DNA of 64,000 nucleotides from Camelus dromedarius (taxonomy: Eukaryota): contig NC_087436.1 of assembly GCF_036321535.1 (NCBI RefSeq), forward strand, positions 75,084,001 through 75,148,000, read 5' to 3'. The notes below the pieces were generated by a model. That model made no database searches. It had not been told where the DNA came from and worked only from the letters and a program-made list of their open reading frames with translations. Positions 1-13,530 of the stretch are shown in pieces. Position numbers and translations under genes: made by a program. Within the stretch, counting starts at the first letter, position 1. The number at the start of each line of letters is the position of its first letter.

Positions 1-860
1 AAAGTATCAAATCTATTCATTAAAAGATACCAAAAACAAAAGGAAAAGCCATAGAATGGAAGACATTTACAATACAAAAGAGACAAAAGTTAAAAACTAC
101 CAATCAATAAGAAACAAATACTCTGAGTGAAAATGAGGAAAAGACATCAACAGCAATTTTAGAAAAGAAACGTGGCAAATACATGAAAAGATGCTCAATC
201 TTACTAGCGATTAGGAAAATGCAAATTAAGAGTACAATAAGGAATTGCTTCCTACTCAGTAACTGGCAAAACTTTAAAAATCTGACAATATTAAGTAACT
301 GTTCAGAAGAATACAGAAAAACAGAAACCATGTTACTTTTGGGGGTGTATTTTAGTACAGCTACTTTGTAAAACTTTATGGTATTACCTAACAAAGCTAA
401 GAATGTATAAGCCTCTACAACCCACCAATTCCACTCCTAGGAACTCTATCAGGAGACATGTACAAGAATGTTCATGGCTACGTTACTTATAGTAGCCAGA
501 AAAGGGAGGAAACAATCTAAATATCTACAATACAATGAATAAATTACAGCATATTCATATAACAGAATACAACACAGTAGTGAAAAAAGAACTAAAATTA
601 CATATATATATGAACATGGCTGAATTTTAAAAACAAAGTCAAATAAAACCAAGTCACCAAAAATTATATTTAGTAGGATCCATTTATATAAAGGTTAAAA
701 TGCCCTTAATAGATACATATGTAACCTTAGTATGTGCTCATCAATGCCTGTTGGATGACTGAAAGAAAACGAAAGCGATAACTAACAAAATTCAGGACAG
801 CAATAACCTCTGGGAAAAGGGATAAAGATGTAATCAATAAAAAGCACAAAGGAAACTTAA
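1..860 (+). mobile_element. Old, degraded L1 (L1M-type) 3' region
   Basis: Motifs gaaatgcaaattaag, caattccactcctagg and caagaatgttcat, typical of the L1 ORF2 end and 3' UTR. Confidence 0.7.
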
Positions 861-1655
861 CAAGATACAAGGGATCCACACCAACAAGGGCAGCATTGGG
901 ACTATTTCCCAATAACCTCACCAACAGTTATTTTTGAAATTCTTCCAATTGGATAGGTAAAAATTTGAGTAGTTTCAATTCACATTGTTATTATTATGTA
1001 TAAGGCTGATGAAGTTTCTATATTTTAAAGCACTGTAAATCCTCCTATACAAACTATTAATATGCTCCCTACTAGACTGTTCTTTTACTTACTAATTTCC
1101 AGAAGCTCATTATATAATACAATAAGAACTTTGCCTCCAGTATGAATGACAATTAGATTCTTTTAATGATTTTTTAAAAGGTAATGAGAATGTGAGAAAA
1201 TGGATATATAGTTACTCATTTTATTATTTCCTTTAAAATGTTGTTATTCTTTTTTATACTATATTTCATGAATGAAAAAATTTACATAGTAAAAGAATCT
1301 TCATCTCCCACAGGCCATTTTATTTTAAGGGAGATAAGTAATTCCTGGATGAAAACTAAAAATTTTGACAATTATTGAAGTCCTAAAGTTTTTATTATTT
1401 GAGACATCAATGTTTAGTGCCTGAGGACAACTCTTTGGCCCATTATGTCAGAGAAAGTATTGCCATACACCTTAGGACATAAATTCTAAATTATTTTAAA
1501 ATAACTGTAAGAACTGCTTTCACTTACACCTTCTCTTTTATAAAATTAATAGTTTGAATTTTTCTCTTAAGTGACTTAAAAGAACATTTCCAACTTACTG
1601 AACTGACCATGTCTGTAGTTTTTAAATTGACCTTCTTATCCTAACTTCTCAAATA

Positions 1656-1685
1656 CCCTACCCTCTCCCTACCCTCTCCCTACCC
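1656..1685. repeat. Short tandem repeat (CCCTACCCTCT) x ~2.7
   Basis: ccctaccctctccctaccctctccctaccc. Confidence 0.85.
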
Positions 1686-3480
1686 TCCACACATACTCCA
1701 ATTTCAAAACAGAACTTCTAAAAATTAGCTTGTTGTACCAGGATGAGCAAAATCATTATCAAATTTTCAGTATCAGTATTTTCAGTGCTTTAGAGGAAGA
1801 CAGGAAATAGAAGAAAGGCACTCCTTTTTCTAATTTCAAGACAAAATGGGGTCTCAGAGGCAGCCCATTCTCATTGTTTCTTTTAAACATACCACAGTGC
1901 TATTTTAAATGCTCTCTTCTACTCCCTGCCCCCTGTTTTTGGACAGAAAGTACCACAATGTGGTTATTAAAATTGATTGTGAATTTATTTCAAGTTTTAA
2001 CCTTACTAAGACTATAAATCTACCATTCATTAAGGACATTTTATTCCTTCAATTCCTTCAAAAAACCAATCCTGTTTTTACCATCTTAAACTTTTGAAAG
2101 AAGGCAAGAACAGCTCTGGCTTTCTTTCATTTCTAAAAGGTCTTTGCTCCTCTGTACTCATCACCTGAACAGAAAGTAGCCTTGCCAAGAAAACAGATTC
2201 TCATAAAAGAGGAAAGGGCTGCATATAGGTATTTACCATAGAGCAAACTGAAGTTTAATGAAAAGGAATTTATGCATAGGCAGGGACAAAACCAAGAACA
2301 GCTGGTAAAGCAGAGCTGGTGCCTGATGTGAAAGTCTAAGCAGAGATTTTAAAAAACGTGACTCAGTACGTAAGAGCACACTAGAATCAAAGGCCAGCCA
2401 CAGACAGTAGTTTGGAAGACTAACATTTTTAACTGGTAAAACAGAATGAAAGACTAAGGGATAACAGATATTCAGAATGATTCATTCTGTTGCTACTTAG
2501 TATTAATTTTATAAGAACATGTCTCTATATGAGATAACATGGATAGAGTTATGAAACAGTAAGATGTATAATATTTGCTTTTTCAGAACTGTGACGTGGT
2601 ATAAAGGGTAAGTCCAATTGGGTTCAACAGCAAATTATTTGCTCTCCAAAATATTAGGAGGAGGAAAACAGCTCTTCTAATTGATGTGAAAAGTAAAAAA
2701 CAATAGTTATCCTTGGAGACAAAAATATATATAATTTATTATAATCAGTATGAAAGTGTGAATTCCATACTTCATGAATCTAAGATTATAAAAAATAACA
2801 AATATTCTATAATTTTTAATAGAAAGGAACAGACCTGCCCCCATTCCAACTCTAGTTGGATGGCTTTGTCAACTATATTTATAAGAATAAGACTTAGCAT
2901 ATAGAGAATAAGGTGAAATGCCCTACAGTTAAATTTCAAATGCCTTGGGTTAATCTTCAATATTCTAGATATAAGTATCCCCCTGCCTGTCCACTTCATA
3001 CATGATAAAAAGTATCAATAAAATCCTACAGAAAAACTAAAAACACAAGACTTAGAACATTCATATAATTATCCAATTTATGAAGGGTTAACTGTATCAG
3101 GAAGCCTAACACCACTTCTGTCATTTCAACCAATAATGTCAGCAATCTTCCCATCCTTACTCAAGCTTCTTTCTTAATGCCCCACTATACAACTTAAGCA
3201 AAAGCAAACACAAATAGAACATGTTCACTGGAGATCAAGTCTTTGAAGAAGGAAAATAAAATACATGAAACTATATACTTCATAAGGCTTTAATTAATGT
3301 TCAGTCCTCATGAGCACAGAATAAAATGTTTAACCAATACTGTAAATTTATCTAGTCCTCTGCCTTCAAAATAAACCTTTTTTGCTATGCTACGCTATAA
3401 GAAAAAAGCACATAAATTTCATCATTTATGTGATTTGAGTATGACTTTCATTCCCAACTGAGATGGTATCATTACAGGAA

Positions 3481-3575
3481 CTTTCTTTTTTTTTTTTTAA
3501 TGGAGGTACTGAGGATTGAACCCAGGACCTCGTGCAGGCTAAGCTCAGACTATCGCTGAGCTATACTCACTTCCC
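3481..3575 (-). mobile_element. tRNA-Ala-derived short SINE (camelid Vic-1-like)
   Basis: Minus strand: tatagctcagcgatag...cttagcctgcacgaggtcctgggttcaatcctcagtacctcca plus A-tail. Pol III A- and B-box-like sequences. Confidence 0.8.
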
Positions 3576-4106
3576 AAGAACAGGCATTTTAGATTAATAC
3601 ATTTTATTTATAATAATCATACTTATTGGTACTTGTTTACTATGACAATGTTTTCCCTCTCATAATCATATAATATGTTGATGCTATCCTATCTATTCTA
3701 TCAAAACCTGACATGGGACATTCTGGCTAAGGTAAAGATTCATTCTGCTACATCTTTGTTTTTTAAATTTTTTTTAAATGGAAAAAACTACAATGTTCAG
3801 TGTTAATTTAAATTATTTCCTCTTAGAAATTTCAGAGTTTTATAGAAAGTTAAAAGTCAAATATAAAAACAAAACAAAACACCCACAAAATTTTCCCCAT
3901 GCAAGTTTGTTAAAACGATGACAGCTTGTTGAAATCCTGAAGCACAATTTGATACAGAAGAACCACTTTTCTTTCCAGAGGAATGTATAGCTACATTCTC
4001 TAAATTACACTACAACTTGACTAATTATAACCAAAATGGTCTTTCAAAGGCTAAGAAAAATCTCAATACTGAGTGTTAGCACTATCATTTTTAAGAAATC
4101 ACTCAC

Positions 4107-4192
4107 CTTTCAAACCTAGAGTTTGTAGCTGGAAGAGCCGACCAAGTTCATAAGGCAAAACCCGTAACAGATTGTTATTTAAAAGCAATTCC
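4107..4192 (-). CDS. CNOT6L: CNOT6L coding exon 4 (86 bp), LRR: ELLLNNNLLRVLPYELGRLFQLQTLGLK(G)
   Basis: aaacag| acceptor and AAAG|gtgagt donor. In phase with exon 3 and carries an LRR motif. The gene continues past position 1. Confidence 0.96.
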
Positions 4193-5515
4193 CTGTTTAA
4201 AAAAAATTGTTTTAGTTTCATAAATTAAACTTTATTAATACATTCTAACATACTATGAGTGATGTCTACACTCAAGGCATATTTCTATACATTCATCTAA
4301 AACTGCTGTGCAATATTAAAGTCCTACAAAATGTGTAACTGCAATAATTATTAACACTGTTTCTATGATTTACTCATTCTCTGGCACAGATTAAAGTTAA
4401 AGGTATAAGAACTATATCATTCTCAGGTTAAACCCACTCCCTTTTCTCTCTCACCCAAAGTATCTGTCAGATGCAAATCAGAATGACTGATATTCCACAT
4501 ATCCAAAGACAGATGTCCTTGAACCTGGTTTAATTCATAGAAAAAAGTATTTTTTTTAACAAACTTCAGAATTTACCTGTAATTAATAGCCAATTACCTG
4601 TATCAATTTTTGTAACATTACAGTTATAATCACATCAAGATCCTATAACAATCACTGACATAGGATATAAACATTAAAAATAAAGCATAGGATAAATACA
4701 GATAATAGGATGGCAAGGTAAGATCTGAGTTTATAACTGTGCAATTTTGGGTAGATTTTAAAAAAACAAACAGCCCTCGTTATTTACTGATGCCTAAAAA
4801 GTGTAAAGTAAATGACTAAACAGTATAAAAAGCAACAGAAACATACAGTAAGTGGATGGTGAAGAATAAATTTTAAAACAATATTTAATGTTTAATTTTA
4901 AACATGTGATTGCAATTTTTAAATTACTACTCAGTAAATAAAGTAGAAAAGCAATCCTTGATTTTACTGGGAACATTTATTCAAGGTCTCAAGATTCCTA
5001 TAAAATTTTCTCCTATGAAGAAATTCTTAAAGAATCCTGATAGGCTAGAAATAAATCTACTTATTGTCAGATTTTAAGGTTCCTTAAGGAGTTGTAATAG
5101 ACAAGTATACCTTGTCTTATAAAATAGATATGTTCCTAGAAGTTTTACTTACAGGCAAACTGTATTTTCTCAATTATTTCTGATTAATCTGAACTAGTTT
5201 AGTCATAATTAATTCTGATTAGACTTGTCACTTGAGTCTAACATGAGACTTAGTGTTTTATTTTAGCCATACCCTAAGTTTGTCAAAAGATATTAGAATA
5301 TAAGTGCATTTCTAGCCAGAAACCTCCAAATTTAAAGGAAGGAAGGAAAAGAAATGTTCAATGGAGGCCAACTTAAGCACTATGCTTAGACAATTTGTAT
5401 CATTTGATCTTCACATACACATGGAAGTCCTACTGTAAGGTGAGTAACCTCCCACAAGTTTCTTATTTGGTAAACTTAGAATTTTATATAGTGAATTACA
5501 TTTATATTTCCTCAC

Positions 5516-5702
5516 CTGAGAGACACCATGTTTCCTAGTTCTGCTGGTAAACTTCTGAGTTTATTGGATGACAGATCCAGGTAAACCAGATTATGAAGCT
5601 TGGCAATATCAGGTGGAATGCGACTAAGGTAATTGTCATTTAGGTGCAGCGCTGTCAAGTGTGTCAATGACCAAAGTGATGTACTTAAGCTCCGCACTCT
5701 AC
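5516..5702 (-). CDS. CNOT6L: CNOT6L coding exon 3 (187 bp), leucine-rich repeats: GRVRSLSTSLWSLTHLTALHLNDNYLSRIPPDIAKLHNLVYLDLSSNKLRSLPAELGNMVSLR
   Basis: ttttag| acceptor and AG|gtgag donor. LxxLxLxxNxL motifs. Lies within ORF-track entry 5512..5796. Confidence 0.97.
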
Positions 5703-6791
5703 CTAAAAGGCAAAATATTGATGCATTAAACTCTAGGCCTAAGACAAAGACTGAACCACAAAAACTAACAAGTGGGAGAAGAGCCTGAAAATACATACAG
5801 ATATTGGGACCTTGACATTTTAATTCTGTATTTGATTGCTTTCAAACAACCTGGCCCATCTTTATTTCATACCACTGTCATCTGACAACCATACTTTTTC
5901 ACGAACCTTCCCTGTATTAATGAGACGTGCCTTAATGAAGAGACCCTTGGAGTCAGGGTGATCCTATGGTCTCAAGGACAAAGCATGGGACTGAATTGAA
6001 CTTCTGCAGTAGAACACTCCTGAATTCTTCTAAGTCAAGCCCTAACAAAAGGACTTCTCTACTTCATGAAAATTAATAATGCAAGGCTCATCCATATCTA
6101 GAGCCTGGATTAAGTCTACAAACTTTAAATAGACAAGAGTAATTGCTATGATTTAGAACTTTAGATTAGCCACTGGGAAAACCATTTACCCCCAAGGAGA
6201 CATCTTCCCCAGTTTTCTGATGTTACAATTATAGGTTTAAAAACTCTGGTTTAAGATTTTCCAGTAAATGAAACATACTCAAGGAAATAGTCACACACTA
6301 AGCTTTATCAATCAGTCAGCATCTGACAGCTACAGTAGAACATATGCTGGAAAAAGTCAGAAGATTTAGTTCAGAGTCCTGATTTTTACCATTTATTAGC
6401 CATATAAGCCTAAGAAAATCACACAGCTTCAGCTTCTGTAAAATATGATATCCTAATAAATTTATGAGGAAACTTTCAGAACTTTACCAAAGTAAAATGG
6501 TATTTTAATAATACATCACTTTCTAAAGAACAGATTTTGACTAAGAGAGCAGTGGAAGGTAGAAGGGGTTAAAAAAAATCTGAAAGGGGAAAATGTTACT
6601 TTTTGTATGGCTATTGAGCAGTAGACTCAAAACTTAGATCTTCTGTCCAGAGTTATATCACAGACTCCTTCATGATGTCTATAATCAGGCTTAAAGTGCC
6701 AACTAGGATTTTGCATTTTAATAGGAAACAAAGTTTTCAAGTGAAAAGAGGCTAAAATAAAAAAACTTATTTGTTTTACCAGAGTTAAACT

Positions 6792-7003
6792 CAATGGATC
6801 TCAACTAGAGGGCGATATTGTTCCCCAAGGGGCTTTGGCAATTTGTGGAGGCATTTTTGGTTGCCAAAACTAGAGGGGTGCTACTGACATGCAGCAAGTC
6901 AGAGGTCACAAATGCTGCTAAATATCCTACATGCACACAACCACCCCCAACCACAAACAACTGTCCAGCCTGAAGTGTCAAGAGTGCCAAGCTGGTAAAC
7001 CCC
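6792..7003. mobile_element. MER20-like hAT DNA transposon fossil
   Basis: tttttggttgcca...ggggtgctactgacat...agaggtcacaaatgctgctaaatatcctaca...tgtcaagagtgccaag matches the recalled MER20 core. Confidence 0.75.
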
Positions 7004-7209
7004 GGGGTAACCTAACAGGATTTGCTCATATTCATATTTTTTAATTACCAATCACCTATCCACCCAGTTACTTTTTAGCTAAAGGTACAGATAATTCTTG
7101 CTATTGACATCATAATGTGTGTTTAACTTTTCCAAATGAAAGCCTACTGGGCAAAAACTACATTCAATACACAATCTGTATTGCAACAATTGATAAAAGA
7201 AAACTATAC

Positions 7210-7625
7210 TTATATTTTATTTTTAATAAACTTTCAACATGGTAATAATTTTAGATTTACAGAAAAGTTACTAAGATAATATAGTTCCTATATAGCCCTC
7301 ATCCTAACATTATATTACCATGGTACATTTGTCAAAACTGGGAAGCCAAGATTAGTATTTATTAACTAATTTACAGATTTATTTGGATTTCACCAGTTTT
7401 TACATCTTTTTAGTCCAAGATTCTATTCAAGACACCACTTTGCATTTAGTCATCACAGTCTCCTTAGGTCTTCTCTAATGTGTGACGATTTCTCAGTCTT
7501 CCCTTGTTTTTCATGACCTTGACAATTTTGAGGATTACTAGGTAGGAATTTTGTGAAATGTCCTTCGGTTTGAGTTTGTCTGATGTTTTTCTCACTATAA
7601 GACTGGGGTTATGGGTTTTTAGGAA
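7210..7625 (-). mobile_element. L1MC/ME-type 3' end fragment
   Basis: aataattttagatttacagaaaagtt...catgaccttgacaattttgagga...tgtctgatgtttt, an old L1 3' UTR in reverse orientation. Confidence 0.7.
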
Positions 7626-8053
7626 TCATACTCTATTTTAACAAGTAAGGTCATGTAACACAGTTATTACTTAGTAGAATAAATAGCTCCTAGGTTCCCT
7701 ACTCTGCCAACAATGGGATGACAGGAGGATGGCAAAGATCAGTTTGCAAAAATAATTACTCAGCAATAGCCAAAACAAAATCTACTGTACCAAAACACCT
7801 GGTTTTACTTTGAAACTGAACTCTTGGTGTCCTCAGTTCTAGATGCCAACTCGGGCTCACAGTATTAATCTCAAAAGAAAGAACAGGAGTAAAGATATTT
7901 AGTCACAGATAACACTAGTACCTCATTATCTTGTATTTTCTTGATTAATTCACCTAATTAAAAATGTACAATAAGGAAATAAATATAACGAAACTCAACT
8001 CTTGTTCATTATTGTTACTGTATTCCAGATCAAGTGTTTCAGATTCTACTCAC

Positions 8054-8175
8054 CCGAGATTTCTAACTCTGCCCAGTGAGATTTTTTCCCATTGGCTACC
8101 TCCTCTGCTGACATGATGGTATAAATTCTGCGAGGATCTGGAGGATCATATTTTTCCTTTGGCATCCCTATTAGT
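8054..8175 (-). CDS. CNOT6L: CNOT6L coding exon 2 (122 bp): (R)LIGMPKEKYDPPDPRRIYTIMSAEEVANGKKSHWAELEIS(G)
   Basis: Poly-T tract, then tacag| acceptor and G|gtgagt donor. Translation matches the CCR4b N-terminus and the phases fit the neighbouring exons. Confidence 0.97.
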
Positions 8176-8409
8176 CTGTAAGGAAAAAAAAAAAAGATGA
8201 TCAACAATTACTATAGGTTTATAGGAAAAAAGAGAAAAATGGGATGGTAAGTTCTCTTTTTTTCCCCTCTTGTCAGGCTACTAAGTCCTTTTATACTACA
8301 AATTCTCATTAAAGGAAAACACATCTCTAGTATGCTAGGCTACTACAGGAACTCAATAACAGGATGTCTCAGGGAAAATGCAAAAAAGCAGTGACAATGG
8401 ACTTCACAG

Positions 8410-8930
8410 TGAACATGGTGGCTGCTTCCCAAACATCCATTGCATCTCTTTCCCTTAATTTAGCTGCCTTGCTTTCCAAGACAGACTAACCCTACACCAG
8501 TTTCCTGAATGGAGTCTGACTCCTCTAAGAGAATCAAGGTAATCCTATCCTTCTTGCCTAAGTGATATTCAGATATCCCATATCTAAGACAATCAGCACA
8601 TGACATTCCCCTTGTCACAGAGATTAGTTCAGAAGTATCTAATAACCAGGAGGCTTAAGAATCATCCTATGTTCATGGGAGGAGCAGGCTTCCCCCTCCT
8701 GCTGGTCATAAATGGAGACAAATATAGCCTCAGTTGCCATAGGCAGCCATCCAACAACTGTAAGGGAAGCCAGCCATTGCAGTCAGAAACTAGAAAACAG
8801 AGAAAGCTGGAGTCCTCAACAAACACTGGGCTTTCGGGATACACAAGCCAATCTATTATGCTTCTTGTTTAAACTACTAGTTTGAGTTGTGTTTTCTGTT
8901 ACTTGCAATCAAAATCATCCTAATTAAGAT
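8410..8930. mobile_element. MLT1-type MaLR solo LTR
   Basis: Ends gtttaaactactagtttgagttgtgttttctgttacttgcaatcaaaatcatcctaa, a typical MLT1 terminus. Confidence 0.65.
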
Positions 8931-11024
8931 GATCATGCATTTTTTTCATATTTGCTGTTCTTAGGTAATTATTAATATCATTTTTCATTACCAAAAGTGT
9001 CCAATTTGGCTGATGAGTTACATGGCCACCCTAATTGAAACTAATATTGCACAGTCTTCTTCATATAATTACCAAAATAATCACTGAACAATCATCAGCA
9101 ATGACCAACTAGACATAAAACTCCTCATGTGTGCAATGTATAAATCACATAACAAATGGCCCTAAAAGTAACCATTCAAGTGGTCTAATATAATAGTCAC
9201 CGCTTGGTAGTTGGCAGAAAATGAAACCCAATTCAGATCTAACAAGAAAAGCAAATCACAAATTCCTGAATCTAATTAAACTCCTGCATGCTATCAGTAA
9301 ATTGCCTCACAGTATTTATAGCTTTCTCTGCTCATATTTTAACACAGAGAGACATACGTACACACACCAAAATCAAATGTCTACAACTGGAGTGTTTCTA
9401 AGTAGACTTTATTAGAACTTATACCTCAATGAAAGTTACCTTCAGATGGTCTCAAATTTGTTACAAGTAGAGAATATACAAAAAATAGGAAGTATTTTGT
9501 CATTTATCAAGAAATTAAAGCTAGTTTGTAAGAGTACAATCAAAATTTCTCAAACTGCAATTTGTCCTAATATTTCTGAAGGAAAAATAGTCATCCCTTC
9601 CCATTTACTAAATGGAGCAATGAGAAAGTTTTTCCAGATTTGTTTATCTGCTATTAGCTTACAAATTACCAGGTTAAGCTCTTCTGCTCTAATTTTATCA
9701 TACAATTTGGGTGATGCTGAAACATTTTATTTTCCATAAATGCCCCAGGTCTTTATAAAGCAGAAAGAATATGATTATTTTTCACAGGGGAAAATTTTGA
9801 TTTCTACCACATTTGGCCTGTGTAAAATATTTCTGAATATAAAATTTTTAGATAACAAGGTTTTCAGAATTTCTACCATACACCATAAGGCACATGTGTC
9901 TCTGTGGGTATGTCTGCATACTAATATAAGATTCTACAAAAACACAAGATTAAGCAAAACCAAATCAAACAGATCCAGATCCAAAGACATGCTACAAATC
10001 CATTACCTACAATGAGGATCGGTTAAAAAAAAAAGACTAAGAAGTCTGCAAAAACATGTTTCATTAATTTTAAATCATTTCTATAAAACATAGAGGATAG
10101 GTCAACTTTATTTGGTTGTTTTAGTTATGGCTCCCACTAGATGGTGTGTTACTTAAGGGGACGATGAGTTACTTCTATGTGAAGGACTATCTTTTTTATA
10201 TCTTTATACAGTTCCTACCACATAGTAAGCACTTAGTATATATTTGTGGAATGATCATATGCTTTATAATCCTGAAAATGACCACCTTCCTCCGACTTTT
10301 CCCAATTAACAGTCAATGCTCTTCTAAAAATTAGCATCATGAAATGGTCATTAGTCCATATGTTCAATTTCCCTAAATATTCTTAATATCTAGATAGGAG
10401 CTTAATAACTGTCATCTCTTCTGACCCTCTAACTCTCATCTCTAAAACAGCTACCATATAAGAAATATGTATCTTTAAATTTTTCACAAGTTTCCATCTT
10501 TGCAAATCTGTTAAAATTTACAAAACCTCTTCCTGCAAAACAGATCCTGAAATGTTTACCCATGTCTATAATATGTAAAAACCAAAGTAATACTAATACT
10601 CTTATATTAGGAGTCAGAGGCCTCTTTCAGATTTGATTAGGAAGCGAATAAAAATACAATTCACTTAATTCTTCAAAGTGAATCTAGATTTGGATAGTCT
10701 GACTGAAGTTAAAATATTTTTCATTTAAGTAATTTAGAAGAGTCTATAGTTCTGTGATCACTACTATCCCAAACATCAGGTTTTCAAACATTCTACTAAA
10801 AACTTAGCTCAAATTTAGGAAATAGGTATTACTGAATCCTCCTATTCAGCTTTATTTTCTTTCTCAGTTCCTCACCTCAGCATCAACTTTCCACCCTGGA
10901 GATGTATCACAAAGACCCATTTCAAAATAACTTAAAATATAAAATAATATTATATAATAATATATAATATGTACACATAACACAAAATATTATTTAAATG
11001 ATATATAATAAATTATTTCAAATA

Positions 11025-11420
11025 ATATTTTGCCATTTGCAGCAACACGGATGGACTTGAAGGGCATTATGTTAAGTGAAACAAGTCAGAGAAGACAAAT
11101 CCTGTATGATATCACTTATATGTAGAATCTAAAAATACAACAAACTAGTGAATATAACAAAAAAGAAGTAGACTCACAGATACAGAGAACAAACCAGTGT
11201 TTACCAGTGGGGAGAGGGGCAATATAGGGGCAGTGGATCAAGAGATACAAACTATTATGTACAAGATAAGCTTCAAGGATATATTGTACAACACAGGGAA
11301 TACAGCCAATATTTTATAACTATAAATTGAGTATAACCTTTAAAAGTATGAATCACTATACTGTATACCTGTAACTTATACTGGACAGCAACAGTACTCC
11401 AACTAGAAAATAAATACATA
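11025..11420 (+). mobile_element. 5'-truncated L1 3' end (L1MA-like)
   Basis: tgccatttgcagcaacacggatggacttgaagggcattatgttaagtgaaacaagtcag...tactccaa plus A-rich tail. Confidence 0.85.
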
Positions 11421-13530
11421 GGAACAGTATGCCTGTGAGTAGAAAAAAATATGTATGTATATAAAATAATAATTCAAATGCAATTTAAGTCTCTAAATGT
11501 GACACACATGTGCTTTCTCACAGTCTCACATACAGGTCAGTCCAAGGCTTAAATACAGAGTGACGGACACTTTTCATCCAGAAAATAGGAATGTTTTATT
11601 TTGTAAAGCCTAGCAGCTTATTTTTTTTCCATCTTCTTTTTTGAATTGATAAGAGGCAGATTTTTGAATTAGTTTTTCCAAGAGTTTTCAATTTCTGCAA
11701 TGTCTTACATCAGTTCCCAAAGGATTCTCCCATTACATCAACCTAATTTATAACCAAGGATCCTGATCATGTAACAAAGTAAACTAAAAGACCCTTGGCA
11801 ACACAGCATTTTTTAACTTTCAGTCCTCAACCTCATTTCCATAGTATGAAAAATACTCCACATAGCTCCCCTAATAACTACGTAAGCTTCTCTGAACCTG
11901 CCATCCAATTTCCCCCATTCCTTGGATCTTGGCAAATCACCTATAGAGCCATCTCAGGTGCTAGTGCAAAGTTTCTGATACTGTCAGTCCTGGACAAAGA
12001 AACTGATAATCTCCTACTTGTTAGTTCCTACATGGACTATACCGAAAGTAAACAAGTTAATCTCCATCACCAAAGACAGATTAATTACCACACACGGTGA
12101 AGATTTTCGTTAGTTTATTTCTCGGCTTTCTGTTTCACTAAGCAAAAACTTCAGGTAAATTTGTAAAATACTGACTTCATGGAAAATGTATTCCAATTTT
12201 TTTACATTACAAGCGACATTATATGTAACAGTAGGGCCACTTTGCCCTAGAAAAATTTAAATTGGAGTTTCCAAAACTGTAAATAAAATACAACATGCCT
12301 ATATAACATGCTGTTCAATGAATACCATGTTACAAGATATATATGAAATACCCCCCAAATATAATATTGCTAAGGAATCCCAAATTTCAGGTTTTATACC
12401 TGGGGCTAGGGGCTAGGAAAATAACACAACATAACTCCTTCCTACCCCAACACCCCAAAAAACAATAATAATAGTTATCTGAGTCAAATCAAAGCAAATT
12501 ATTAAAGGCCAGAACTAAACTTCTGTTAATTTTGGTCATTTGGAGCAGGTTATTTAAAAAAAAAAACACAAAAACCCCACCAGGCTCTACAGTGTATATA
12601 AAGATATTAATCCTATAGTGTTAAACTACAGCTTCTCTCCCACCACCTTCTATAAATTTAAAGTCATTTATCTCAGTCTATAGTTCAGCACAATAATCAT
12701 GCAGAATTTAGAATAAGAAAGAGAAAGTGCTACAAACACCAAAGAATGCTTCATAATGAATCACAGATTTCTAACTCAATGAATCCAACCATAAAGTACA
12801 AACCATTAGACACACAGTTATTTCCAAAGAAATATTAAGTGATTGTCTCAATAGTAGTTTGCAAAGCAATCTGGGGCAGAGCTGCAGATGCTGGCAGAGT
12901 TCCCAAAGTTGAAAGAAGACAAAATTAAGCCTACATTAGATATTTCTGCTTACATTTTAGAGCAAGACGTCAATGACTTACTACATTTTACATATTCTCA
13001 GATAAATCTGTCTTCTATTGCCATTTATTCCCAAAGGTTATGCAACACATTATTTGTTATTTATTGAATACCCACCTTGACTAACATCTGTCCTTCCCAT
13101 CTGTTCTTAATTAAGACCACTTTCTTTTTTGAGAAAATATGTCTAAGTCTACCTTCTTTAATAAAGCAAAATAACTTGCACTGAAGCATTTCTGAAGTTT
13201 CTATTTCTTCATCAATATCTATCTATACACAACTATTAATCACTACAACTGTCATACAAAATTTATAACTTCCTTAAGTGTGCTCACCAGCTGATACTGA
13301 AAAACAGCACCCAGCAAATCTCACTGCATAGAGCAGAATTATATTGATGAAAATAAAGACTGATGGCAATCACAAGAGCTTAGAAGACACCCTGAGATAA
13401 ATAACAATTTCATCGACATTCCCACTCCTCTTCTATACCAAAGGCCTCTGGATGGCATTTGTCTTCAATGACATATTCAACTAAAGTCCATAGATAACAA
13501 TAATGCAAACATTCAGGAAGAACCCATTCA

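Noticed and set aside
5703..5796. Hydrophobic N-terminal part of ORF 5512..5796 resembling a signal peptide
   Set aside because: Intronic read-through upstream of the exon 3 acceptor at 5703/5702.
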